A stretch of DNA of 64,000 nucleotides from Thermanaerothrix sp. (lineage in GTDB: Bacteria; Synergistota; Synergistia; Synergistales; Synergistaceae). The DNA lies in NCBI GenBank assembly GCA_026417795.1, contig JAOACP010000002.1, positions 1,331 through 65,330 on the forward strand. The letters are read 5' to 3'. This document shows positions 52,047 to 61,800 of this stretch, one piece after another (position 1 is the first letter of the stretch; each line of letters begins with the position of its first letter). The position numbers and the translations under genes are program-made. The notes under the pieces are model-generated. The model saw only the letters and a list, made by a program, of their open reading frames with translations, searched no databases and was not told the origin of the DNA.

Positions 52047-53636
52047 TTACCGGGAAGCAGCTCCCATTATAAGCCTCAATATTTCCGATGGCCTCCAAGC
52101 ATGGCTCAAGTGATTATATAAACCGACCTTGTCTAAAACGTAAAAATGCAGGCAAAGGGCAAGGGGAACCGCCATCAAGGAGATGGCGCTCCATATAATC
52201 CCCCATCCAGCCATCTTCCAGCACAGCATTCCAAGGGGCACCCCCCAAAGCAGCGAGAACGCCACATGGGGCGCCGCAAAACGCCATGGCACCCCAAGCC
52301 CACAAGACCCAAGAAGCACACGGCCGTACAGAAAGGACGACAAAGCTATGGCAAGCGACGTGGCAAGGACTATGCCGTAAACCCCAAAGGGACGCCAAAA
52401 CAAAAAGTCCAAAAGGGCGTTGAAAACAAGGCTTGGAACTACCACCATCAAGACCCTGCCCATCCCCCCTGACGCCTGGGCGGCTCTAAAAAAAACGGTG
52501 TTCAACACGTAAAAAGGCAGGGCCCACGAGAAGATCCCAAGGCAGGCCCCGGTGGCGATGACGTCCTCCCACTTAAAAGATCCGTGCCCAAAAAGCAGCC
52601 TCACCAACGGCAATGACCCGGCAAAAAGAGCCGCCCCAACGGGAAAGATATAAGCCACACTTAACCCGGAGGTCCCCTCTACCATGCGCCTTTGATCCTC
52701 AGATCCCCCAGACTCCACCGCCTTGGATGCCTTCACCAGGAACATCATGGCTGAGCTCGAAAAGAGCGACCCCGCCGCTGAGAACATGACGCCGCTGTAA
52801 TATAGGTGGGTCACCCCCCCCACGGGCAGCATGGAGGCAAAATACCGGTCCACAAAGGTGTATAAACTAAAAACACCATTTAAAACAAGACAGGGGAGGA
52901 ACAGACCCAAAGCCTCCCTTAAATCCTCCCCCTCCGGCCTGCCTCCGATCAAAAGCGGATAGTCCCTCACCGCCGGCAAAAGCAGGACAAAGCTCAAAAC
53001 CCCGTTGAAGACCACCGACAACCCAAGGGCCGGGATCCCCAAGCCAGCCGCTACCCCGCCGACCAAGACAAGAAAGGACAAAAGGTTCGCAGCGCCGGCG
53101 ACAAGATGGGGAACCACGTACCTGTCTTGCGCCATGGCCCAGGCCTCAAGGGGAGAGGCGGCAACCTTAAAGACGAGGAAGAGGGCGCAAATCCCCATGA
53201 AGTACGACGCCGATTCAGCCCTCTTTGGATCAAAACCCGGAGCGAAAAGGCCTATGACGGGGGCCCTAAATGCGTAAAGCAGCGCCCCTCCCAATACGGC
53301 GCCAAGAAAAACAAGGCGCACCACCGCCCCCATAAGGGACCGGGCCCTGGCCTCATCCCTCACCAAAAGCCTTGACGCCACCGGCAGGACCGCGCTCTCC
53401 ACGCCCACGATGAAAAGCGCCATGAAAAGGGACGTCAGACCAAAGGCCATGTTATAACCGTCCATATCTACGGAGGCCCCGAAGAACCATGCCAGAACCA
53501 GCATCCTTGCGTAACCCACCGGTTTTGACAAAAGGGTCAACGCAAGGATCAGCAGAGACGCTCCCCGGGCGGACTTAACCGACGCCACCTTTGAAATGAA
53601 CCTCCCGATGCGGAAAAAAACGCTCAAGAATACCAA
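52047..53636 (-). CDS. murJ: MurJ/MviN-family (MOP superfamily) flippase
   Basis: 529 aa with about 14 TM segments. N-terminal pattern LLSKPVGYARMLVLAWFFGASVDMDGYNMAF resembles MurJ. It could serve peptidoglycan lipid II or the adjacent glycan. Confidence 0.7.
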   Translation of the reverse strand: MVFLSVFFRIGRFISKVASVKSARGASLLILALTLLSKPVGYARMLVLAWFFGASVDMDGYNMAFGLTSLFMALFIVGVESAVLPVASRLLVRDEARARSLMGAVVRLVFLGAVLGGALLYAFRAPVIGLFAPGFDPKRAESASYFMGICALFLVFKVAASPLEAWAMAQDRYVVPHLVAGAANLLSFLVLVGGVAAGLGIPALGLSVVFNGVLSFVLLLPAVRDYPLLIGGRPEGEDLREALGLFLPCLVLNGVFSLYTFVDRYFASMLPVGGVTHLYYSGVMFSAAGSLFSSSAMMFLVKASKAVESGGSEDQRRMVEGTSGLSVAYIFPVGAALFAGSLPLVRLLFGHGSFKWEDVIATGACLGIFSWALPFYVLNTVFFRAAQASGGMGRVLMVVVPSLVFNALLDFLFWRPFGVYGIVLATSLAIALSSFLYGRVLLGSCGLGVPWRFAAPHVAFSLLWGVPLGMLCWKMAGWGIIWSAISLMAVPLALCLHFYVLDKVGLYNHLSHAWRPSEILRLIMGAASR

Positions 53637-53738
53637 CCTCTCCTAAATTGATCCACAGCCTCCGAGGGACTCCACAACAAACCCACCCAGGGCGACCGAA
53701 GGAGATCATAGCAGGGAACTACGCCCCGCCGACGGACC

Positions 53739-53769
53739 TTGACACGGCTTGGAATCTAGATTCTAGCAT
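53739..53769 (+). promoter_or_regulatory. Candidate promoter (TTGACA) overlapped by the perfect 12-bp palindrome GAATCTAGATTC
   Basis: TTGACA 53739-53744, palindrome 53752-53763, possible -10 TAGCAT 53764-53769. About 100 nt upstream of the dsbA-like gene. Confidence 0.3.
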
Positions 53770-53872
53770 GAAGTAGGCCTCTCAATGGCGGAAACCACCT
53801 TTTCGGCCCTTGCTTTTTAATGGCCCTCGCTAATAATATATTCAACTAAATCCGCGGATGGAGGTACTCCCC

Positions 53873-54430
53873 ATGGAGGTCTTTTTCGACTTCGCGTGCC
53901 CCTACTGTTACCTGGCCTGGAGTTTTCTTAAGAAACTCGGCAATCCTCTGAAGGGCCTTGAGTGGACGCCGTGGCAGATCATGCCGGAGGTGCCGGAGGG
54001 CGGGATGAACCGCCGCTGGTCCAACCTGGGGGCCTTAAGGGCTCTGGGAGAACCGGCGGAAGCTAATTTCGCGGATCTCAACCTGGTCCCAAACACGAAA
54101 AGGGCCCTTGCGGCGTACCTTTGGGCCAAGGCAAGGGGTAAGGGGCAAGCCGCCGGGGACGCCCTCTTCAGCGCCTTCTTCGCCCGGGGGCTTAACATAT
54201 CGGACCCCGATGCCATAGTGCGGGTCTTCTCCGAGGCGGGCCTTGAAAACCCCGCAGCGTCCTTCGACGACCCCCTGCTCCACAAGACGCTGGAGGAGAA
54301 CGACCGGCGGGCGGAGGAGATCGGAGTGGAGGTGGTCCCCTCCTTCGTAAGCGACCACAGGGTGGTCCTCCGATGGGATACGTCCTTCACCGTGGAGGAC
54401 CTGGCGGAACGAATCTCCTCCTGGAGGTGA
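53873..54430 (+). CDS. DsbA-family thioredoxin-fold oxidoreductase/isomerase (FrnE/HCCA-isomerase-like)
   Basis: MEVFFDFACPYCY active-site CxxC at the N-terminus. ATG 53873 preceded by GGAGG (alternative ATG 53858). Confidence 0.75.
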   Translation: MEVFFDFACPYCYLAWSFLKKLGNPLKGLEWTPWQIMPEVPEGGMNRRWSNLGALRALGEPAEANFADLNLVPNTKRALAAYLWAKARGKGQAAGDALFSAFFARGLNISDPDAIVRVFSEAGLENPAASFDDPLLHKTLEENDRRAEEIGVEVVPSFVSDHRVVLRWDTSFTVEDLAERISSWR

Positions 54431-54434
54431 CGCC

Positions 54435-55364
54435 TTGTCAAGGATAGTGGTAGTCGGGGCCTCCGCCCGGGAGATATCCATAGACGTGGACTCCTACCCA
54501 AAGGTAGACCATAGGGTGGAGGCCTCCCATTACAGGGAGCGCACCTCAGGGCGCGGCGCAAGGCAGGCGGCGGCCTGCGCAAGGCTCAAGGCCCAGGTGA
54601 GCCTCATAAGCGCCGTGGGCACCGACGGGTCCGAGCGGCCGCTGATGGAGGACCTGGAGGAGGAGAAGGTGCACATTCGGGGGGTCAAGGTTGTACGGGG
54701 AGCCCACACAATGCTGGAGGTGACCATGAACCTGTCCTTCGGCGGGTACGGCAAGGTGGTATACCCCGGGGCCTCCCACATGCTCACCCCCCAGCAGGTG
54801 CTGGAACAGGCCAAGCTCTTCGACGGGGCCCAGTGCACCCTGTTGCAGCTGGAGCTAAAGCCCGAGACCGTGCTGGAGGCCATGAGGTGCGCCAAGCGGG
54901 CGGGGTGCCTGGTGCTTTTGGACCCATATCCCCCGTCGGAGCTGCCCGACGAAATGTGGGGCATGATCGACGTGGTGATGCCCAACGCAGAGGAGTTGGC
55001 GAGGCTCTCGAAAAAGGACGACCCCGACGAAGGGGCCCAGCGGCTCATAACCTGGGGGGCCAGGGCGGTTGCGGCCCACTTGGGCCCCCTGGGGACCATA
55101 GTGTACTCCAAGGGCTCAAGGCCCAGGTCCCTTCAGGCCTTCCGGGTGGACACCCATGACCACTCAGGGGCGGGGGACGCCTTCGCGGCGGGGATGGCCG
55201 TGGCGCTGGCGGAGGGCAGGGACCTGGAGGAGGCCGCAAGGTTCGCCTGCGCCGCCGGGGCCTTGGCCTGCACACGGAAGGGCACCATCGACAGCTTCCC
55301 CTTGAGGGAAGAGGTGGAAGCGCTGCTCAAGGCCCAGCCAAGGCCCGGTTCGTTCACCGGCTGA
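54435..55364 (+). CDS. PfkB-family carbohydrate kinase (ribokinase-like)
   Basis: VVVGASAREISIDV, SGRGARQA (family GG-K-GANQA region), NAEE, DHSGAGDAFAAG. Confidence 0.8.
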   Translation: MSRIVVVGASAREISIDVDSYPKVDHRVEASHYRERTSGRGARQAAACARLKAQVSLISAVGTDGSERPLMEDLEEEKVHIRGVKVVRGAHTMLEVTMNLSFGGYGKVVYPGASHMLTPQQVLEQAKLFDGAQCTLLQLELKPETVLEAMRCAKRAGCLVLLDPYPPSELPDEMWGMIDVVMPNAEELARLSKKDDPDEGAQRLITWGARAVAAHLGPLGTIVYSKGSRPRSLQAFRVDTHDHSGAGDAFAAGMAVALAEGRDLEEAARFACAAGALACTRKGTIDSFPLREEVEALLKAQPRPGSFTG

Positions 55365-55416
55365 TTGGTTCCATGGGATTTATCCACAAAACAATCCACC
55401 GAAAGGGGAGAACTCC

Positions 55417-56697
55417 ATGCGGCACTTAAAAACCCCCGCCAGGGATCGTTCTGGCCAAGAGGCGGGGGACATGTACGGCGTAAGGGACCAGGTGGCCAGG
55501 ATAATAGAGGAGGTCCAAAGGCACGGGGACCGGGCGGTGATGGAAGCCTCAAGGCTGTACGACAAGTCCGAAGCGAAGCACCTCAAGGTGCCGGAGGAGG
55601 TTCTTGAGGAGGCGTTCCTTAAGCTGGATTTAGGGCTTAAAGACGCCGTCCTCAAGGCAAAGGACAACATCGCCCGCTTCGCGGAGCTTCAGATGCGGTG
55701 CCTTTCGGAGCTTAGGGAAACCGAGATATGCCCCGGGGTTTTCCTGGGACACCGGGTGGTGCCGGTGGACTCCTGCGGGTGCTACGTCCCCGGGGGGGCG
55801 TATCCACTGGTCTCCACGGTGCTGATGCTGGCGGTGCCCGCCGCCGTGGCGGGGGTCAAGAGGATATGCGCCTGCACCCCCGTAAGACACGGTGAGGCCC
55901 TGCCGGACCGGGCGGTGCTGGGGGCCCTTTGGGCTTCGGGGGTCCGGGAGGTCTACGCCGCCGGCGGGGCCCACGGGGTGGCGGCCATGGCCTTCGGCAC
56001 CGAGACCATAAGGCCCGTGGATCTCATAGTAGGGCCTGGCAACAAGTACGTAACCGAGGCCAAGCGGCAGTGCTTCGGCAAGGTGGGCATAGACTTCGTG
56101 GCGGGGCCCAGCGAGGTGATGGTGATAGCCCAGACCGGCAAGCCGGAGTACATAGCCTGGGACCTTTTGGCCCAGGCGGAGCACGACCCCGACGCCAAGT
56201 CCGTGCTGGTGGCCACCAGCCAAGAGCTGGCGGAAAAGACCATGCTAAAGGTGGAGGAACTCCTCAAAGACCTGCCCACGGGCAAGACCGCAAGGCGATC
56301 CTGGGAGGACAACGGGGAGGTGGTCCTGGCGGACTCCATGGAGGAGGCGGTGGAGCTGGCAAACCGCAAGGCGCCGGAACACCTGGAGCTCCTTGTGGAG
56401 GACCCGGACAGGTGGATAGGGAGCCTTAGGAACTACGGATCCCTCTTCATAGGGGACCACTCGGCGGAGGTCTTCGGAGACTATGCCTCCGGCACCAACC
56501 ACACGCTGCCCACCGCCGGAGCCGCCCGCTACACCGGCGGACTTTGGGTGGGGAACTTCCTCAAGGTGCTGACCCACCAGCGGATAACCCCCCAAGGGGC
56601 GGCGGATCTCTCCTCCGTGGCCGCGGAGCTTGCCCGGGCGGAGGGGCTCTGGGCCCACCGCGGGGCCGCCCTGGTCCGATCCCAAGGGAGGGGCTGA
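55417..56697 (+). CDS. hisD: Histidinol dehydrogenase
   Basis: GCYVPGGAYPLVSTVLM, AGPSEVMVIA, LLAQAEHDPDA, GDYASGTNHTLPT. Confidence 0.92.
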   Translation: MRHLKTPARDRSGQEAGDMYGVRDQVARIIEEVQRHGDRAVMEASRLYDKSEAKHLKVPEEVLEEAFLKLDLGLKDAVLKAKDNIARFAELQMRCLSELRETEICPGVFLGHRVVPVDSCGCYVPGGAYPLVSTVLMLAVPAAVAGVKRICACTPVRHGEALPDRAVLGALWASGVREVYAAGGAHGVAAMAFGTETIRPVDLIVGPGNKYVTEAKRQCFGKVGIDFVAGPSEVMVIAQTGKPEYIAWDLLAQAEHDPDAKSVLVATSQELAEKTMLKVEELLKDLPTGKTARRSWEDNGEVVLADSMEEAVELANRKAPEHLELLVEDPDRWIGSLRNYGSLFIGDHSAEVFGDYASGTNHTLPTAGAARYTGGLWVGNFLKVLTHQRITPQGAADLSSVAAELARAEGLWAHRGAALVRSQGRG

Positions 56698-56699
56698 AC

Positions 56700-57470
56700 A
56701 TGATAAATCTACTTTATTTAAATAAAACAAATCAATCCAGACCGTGCTTAAAAAACCCCACGGGGCTTGCCCTGATGGCGGCGCTGGCGCTGCTCATGAT
56801 GGTCCAAGGGCCCGCCGAATCGGCCCCCAGGGCCTCCATGGTGACCATAAGGCGGGAGGTCAAGGGCTTCCCCATAACGGTGCGTTACGCAAGGGTGGAG
56901 AGCGGATCTCCCGGGGCCGCCAAGCTCTCCATAAACAGGGCCCTAAGGCAGGACGCGCTAAGCGCCATGGCCCACATGGTGCAGATCTTCAGCTCGTCGG
57001 AGGCCAAATCCAACCCGGACCGGTCCTCCTTCTACGGGGAGCGCAGGGCGGAGGTTGCCTTCCTCAAGGGCAACCTCATAAGCGTGAAGAACGTAGGCTT
57101 CGTAAGCGCGCCAATGATGGCCCACCCCGTCACATCCTTTTCGGCGGCCACCTACGACCTATATACCGGCGAGAGGGTGGCCCTAGGACGCCTCTTCAAG
57201 GAGGGCTGGGAAAAGCGGATAGAAGAGGCGGTCAACGCCATGGCCAAGGAGAGGATATCCAAGGACCAGCTGGCCCTCAACGAGGGACAGGATCTTCCTA
57301 AGGGGGACGACTACTCTTACTCCTTCTACCTGGACTTAAAGAGCAAGAGCCTGGTCATATTCTGGGAACGCTACCGGTTCACCCCCGGGGTCTACGGGGA
57401 CGTGGAGTTCAAGATACCCCTCAAGGACCTCCAGGACATCGCAAGGGAACCCGCCATCAGGATCCGCTAG
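56700..57470 (+). CDS. Secreted protein, DUF3298/DUF4163-like (RsiV/PdaC C-terminal-type fold)
   Basis: Signal peptide (LALMAALALLMMVQGPAES). General resemblance only; ends with ...FTPGVYGDVEFKIPLKDL. Confidence 0.55.
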   Translation: MINLLYLNKTNQSRPCLKNPTGLALMAALALLMMVQGPAESAPRASMVTIRREVKGFPITVRYARVESGSPGAAKLSINRALRQDALSAMAHMVQIFSSSEAKSNPDRSSFYGERRAEVAFLKGNLISVKNVGFVSAPMMAHPVTSFSAATYDLYTGERVALGRLFKEGWEKRIEEAVNAMAKERISKDQLALNEGQDLPKGDDYSYSFYLDLKSKSLVIFWERYRFTPGVYGDVEFKIPLKDLQDIAREPAIRIR

Positions 57471-57562
57471 CCGCTATAGGGCCAGGGCACCAAAGACACT
57501 CAAGGAGCCCAGGATAAGCAAGGCGGCCAAAGGCCCGGACAGCCGAAATACGAGGGGCCCCG

Positions 57563-57606
57563 TTGACAGGGGACATTTGGGGGTCTAACATACCGACCGA
57601 ACGGTC
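57563..57606 (+). promoter_or_regulatory. Near-consensus sigma-70 promoter plus inverted-repeat operator candidate upstream of the RND genes
   Basis: TTGACA (57563-57568), 17 nt spacer, TAACAT (57586-57591). Inverted repeat GACCG-AA-CGGTC at 57595-57606 spans the expected transcription start. Confidence 0.45.
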
Positions 57607-57625
57607 TGTCTACGACGCCGTAAGC

Positions 57626-57647
57626 CACATATGAAACACATATGAAA
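57626..57647 (+). repeat. Perfect tandem duplication of an 11-mer (CACATATGAAA x2) in the RND 5' leader
   Basis: Direct reading: 57626-57636 is identical to 57637-57647. Confidence 0.9.
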
Positions 57648-57664
57648 GAAAGTAGATCGGAGGG

Positions 57665-58855
57665 ATGTGTCCGGTGATCAGTTTTAAGGTGAGTCCCCGC
57701 TGGATCGCCGCCGCGGCGGTCCTGGTGTTGGGGGCAGCGGCTTTAAGGCTTGCGGGAGGGGATAAGAGCCAGCCCGCCAAGGCCAAGGATATCCCGGTGT
57801 CGGTGGCGACCGCCATGAGCATGGAGTTCAAGGAGGCTTTCTCAACCCAGGGATCCATACGGGCCCTGCGCTACGCCTCGGTGACCCCCAAGGCGGACGG
57901 CACCATATTGGAGATATACGTGCGGGAGGGGGACCGGGTGAGAAAGGGCGCACCCCTCTTCAAGACCGACAACCTCCGGCAGGAGGAGGCCCTGAAGATG
58001 GCCCAGCGGGACCTTGAGGCCGCCGCCTTCGCCGCGGAGGAAAGATCCCAGGCCCTCATCCGGGCCCGGGCGGACCTTGAGCGGGTGGAGCTGGACCACA
58101 GACGCTTCGGCGAGCTCCTCAAGGAGGGGGCCATAAGCCAGAGCATGTTCGACGACGTGTCAACCCGCTACCTGCAGGCAAAGGCGATGGTGCGCTCCGC
58201 AGAGAGCATGCTCAGTTCCGCCAGGGCCTCGCTCAGCAAGGCAAGGGCGGCCCTTGAGATAGCCCGGAAGAACTACGGGGACACCACCGTTTACTCCCCC
58301 ATGGACGGCATGGTGAGCAAGCGCATGGCGGAGCCCGGGGAGATGGGGCGCCCCGGCGTTCCGGTGCTCAGGATAGACGATCCCTCCCGGCTGGAGGTGC
58401 AGGCATTCCTTCCCGCGGAGCTCTACCCCAAGGTGCTGCCAGGCAAGACGAAGGTCGTCATAGAGGACCCCTCGGGGCTGTACCGGGAGGAGCTCACCGT
58501 GTCCACCAAGGCGCCGGTGGTGGACCCCGTGACCAGGACCTTCGAGATCCGCTGCAGGACTCAGGGCAGCCCCTACAAGGTGCCCGGCGCCATGGCGAAC
58601 CTCACCTTCCAGATAAGCACCCGCACCTCCATTGGGGTGCCCGCCAAGTGTCTGGTGCGGAAGGAGTCCGGCACCGTGGTCTACCGCATAGCGGGGGCCG
58701 CCGCCAAGGAGGTTAAGGTGGAAACGGGCCTCACCGCCAAGGGATGGGTTGAGATAACCTCCGGCGACCTGTCCGAGGGGGACCTGGTGGCGGCGGACGG
58801 GGCCTCCATGCTGTCCGACGGGTCGAAGGTAAAGACCGTAAGGAGGCTTAACTGA
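57665..58855 (+). CDS. RND efflux periplasmic adaptor (membrane fusion protein)
   Basis: N-terminal anchor, lipoyl/barrel halves around a coiled-coil hairpin (…LEAAAFAAEERSQALIRARADLERVELDHRR…), TTVYSPMDGMV. Confidence 0.88.
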   Translation: MCPVISFKVSPRWIAAAAVLVLGAAALRLAGGDKSQPAKAKDIPVSVATAMSMEFKEAFSTQGSIRALRYASVTPKADGTILEIYVREGDRVRKGAPLFKTDNLRQEEALKMAQRDLEAAAFAAEERSQALIRARADLERVELDHRRFGELLKEGAISQSMFDDVSTRYLQAKAMVRSAESMLSSARASLSKARAALEIARKNYGDTTVYSPMDGMVSKRMAEPGEMGRPGVPVLRIDDPSRLEVQAFLPAELYPKVLPGKTKVVIEDPSGLYREELTVSTKAPVVDPVTRTFEIRCRTQGSPYKVPGAMANLTFQISTRTSIGVPAKCLVRKESGTVVYRIAGAAAKEVKVETGLTAKGWVEITSGDLSEGDLVAADGASMLSDGSKVKTVRRLN

Positions 58856-61800
58856 TGGCCCTCCACCACGTTTCCCTAAGGCGCCCGGTGGCCATGGGGT
58901 GCCTTCTGATAGCCCTTGCGTTCCTTGGCATCAACGCCTACCGGAAGATGGGGGTGGAGCTGATGCCCAAGGTGGACGCCCCCTTCATCACGGTGCTCAC
59001 CATATGGCCCGGGGCGTCGCCGAAGGACATCGAGGCCGACGTGGCCAAGAAGATAGAGGACGCGGTGTCGTCGGTGGACGGGATAAAGCACATAAAGTCC
59101 ACCTGCATGGAGAACGTGGCGGTGGTGGGGCTGGAGTTCGAGCTTGGAACCAACGTGGACGCCGCAGCCAACGACGTGCGGGAGAAGCTGGACCCCATAA
59201 TCCCGGACCTGCCGGAGGGGGTGGAGAAGCCCATAATACAGAAGTTCGACATAAACGCCTCCCCGGTGGTCACCATGGCGCTGGTGGGGGACATGCCCAT
59301 AGACGAGCTCTACGACTACGTGGACCGGAAGCTCAAGGACCGCTTCTCCACCCTTCCTGGTGTGGCGGAGGTGCGCCTTACGGGCGGCTCCGAAAGGGAG
59401 CTTCACGTGCTGCTCAACCGCTTCAGGCTGGCGGAGCGGGGGCTTACCTCCTACCAGGTCACCAAGGCACTGGCGGAAGGGGTGAGGACCGTGCCGGCGG
59501 GGCGGATAAAGGACGGGGACGACGAGGCGTCGGTGCGCTTCGACGGGGACTACAGGAGCCTTAAGGACCTTGAGATGATGCCCCTTACCTCCAGGAACGG
59601 CATCAGGACGACCCTTAAGGACGTGGGGGACCTCAAGTTCGACGTGAAGGAGCGCCGCCAGGCTGTGTTCCTCGACGGCAAGCAGGCCATAGGCATCCAG
59701 ATAGTGAAGAAGTCCGACGCCAACGCCGTGGCGCTGGTGGACCGGGTGATGAAGGTCTTCCTGGAGGTTCAAAACGAAATCCCCGGCGGCACGAAGCTCG
59801 TGTGGGTAACCGACGAGGGCTCTTACATAAGGTCCTCGGTTAACGGCACCATATCAAGCATAATCCAGGGCATCCTCCTCACCGCGGGCATACTGTTCCT
59901 CTTCCTGTACAACGTAAGGTCCACCATCGTGGTGGCGGTGAGCATGCCCCTTACCATAGTGATGTCCCTTTTCTTCATGCAGCTTTTGGGGTACACCATG
60001 AACACCTCCACCCTGTTGGCTTTGGGGCTGTCGGTGGGCATCCTGGTCTCCAACAGCCTTGTGGTGCTGGAGAGCGTGCTGTCCCGCCTCAAGGAGACCC
60101 AGGACCCCTTAAAGGCCGCCATGGAGGGCACCCAGGACGTCTTGATCGCAGTGCTTGCCAGCGCCGGCACCAACGTGGTGGTCCTCCTGCCCATAGGGCT
60201 CATGGGCAGCATGGTGGGCATGTTCTTCCGGCCCTTCGCCATAACCTCCCTCATCGTGAACGCCATGTCCATATTCATCTCCTTCACCCTAACCCCCATA
60301 CTATCCGCCCTGCTGCTTAAAGCCACCTCCGGCGGAACCCTTGAGAAGCTGGAGGCAAAGTTCAACGAGAAGCTTAACCGGATGGCGGAACGGTACGTGG
60401 AGATGGTGAAGCACCTGGCGGAGCGGAAGGTCCTAGCCACAGCGGTGCTGGCGCTGGTGGCGCTGCTCTTCTTCCACTCCATAACCCTCATGCCCAAGAT
60501 AGGCTTCAGCTTCGCCCCTACGGTGGACAAGGGGAACATATACGTGAAGATGGAGTTCCCCACCCGGCAGAACCTGGACATCACCATCCAGCGGGTTTCG
60601 GAGGCGGAGAAGCTCCTTAAGGGCCTTCCCCACCTTAACCACGTGTACTCCACCATAGGCAAGGTGGAGGGAGTGGGGGAAAGCGAGGAAGGGGTTTACC
60701 TGGCCCAGACGCTTTTGAACTTCTCCCCCAAGACCACGCGGGACGTGGACATCTTCCAGCTTTTGGATCAGGTAAGACAGCGGATGAGGAACTTCCCGGG
60801 CGCCAAGGTCACCGTGAGCGTGCCGTCCTTCATAGGAGGCCAGAACATACCGGTGCAGCTCGACATAATGGGCGACGACTTCGACGAGCTGGACAGGATA
60901 GCCCTCAACGTGCAGCGCCTTACCCAGGGGATGGAGGGCCTCGTGGACACCGACACCTCCGTTCGGGAGGGCAAGCGGGAGGTGGTGGTGACCCCCGCAA
61001 GGCCGGTGCTCTCCGACATGGGAGTCCCGCCGGCGGCCCTTGGGGCGGTGCTCAGGAACAACATCGAAGGCGAGAAAGGGGCGGTGTTCAAGACCCCGGA
61101 GAAGAACTACGACATCCGGGTTAAGTTCGACGAGCAGCCGGGGATGGATCAGATACGGAGCTTCCAGCTTCCAATCCCAGGAGGCGGCACCATACCCCTG
61201 GGGGCGGTGGCGCAGGTGTCGGAGAGGATGTCCCCCATAAAGGTCTACCGGGCGGACAAGATGAGGACCGCCAAGTTCTTCTCGGACCTTTCGCCGGGAT
61301 ACCCCCTTGGCACGGCGGTTAAGAACCTGTCCCAGGCCATAGAAGATCAAGGGCTCCTCCCTCCCGGGTACAAGATCGCCTTCAGGGGGGACTACGAGCG
61401 CATGTCCGACGCCAACGACGCCTTCGCCGAGGCGGGGGCCCTTTCCGTGATCCTCACGTTCCTGGCCCTTGCCGCCATACTGGAGTCCTTCAAGTGGCCG
61501 GTGCTCATACTGACGACGGTTCCGTTGGGGCTCACGGGGGTGCTTTGGGCCCTTTGGGCCACCGGAACTCCCATGAACATCTTCGTGCTCCTGGGGGTGG
61601 TGATGCTCATAGGCATCGTGGTGAACAACGCCATACTGGTGGTGGACGAGTTCCGAAGCTTGAGGTCCCGGAGCGGAAGCAAGGACAACGTTAAGACCAT
61701 GCTCCTGGCCCTTAAAACCTCCTTCCGGCCCGTGGTGATGGTGACGTTGGCGGCGGTGCTGGGCATGCTACCCCTGGCGGTATCCCGGGGCATGGGAAGC

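Noticed and set aside
58876-61350. Two roughly 300-aa ORFs (58876..59772, 60433..61350) antisense to the RND permease
   Set aside because: H/P/G/R/L-rich with no motifs, and nested in a 1033-aa gene with clear AcrB architecture.
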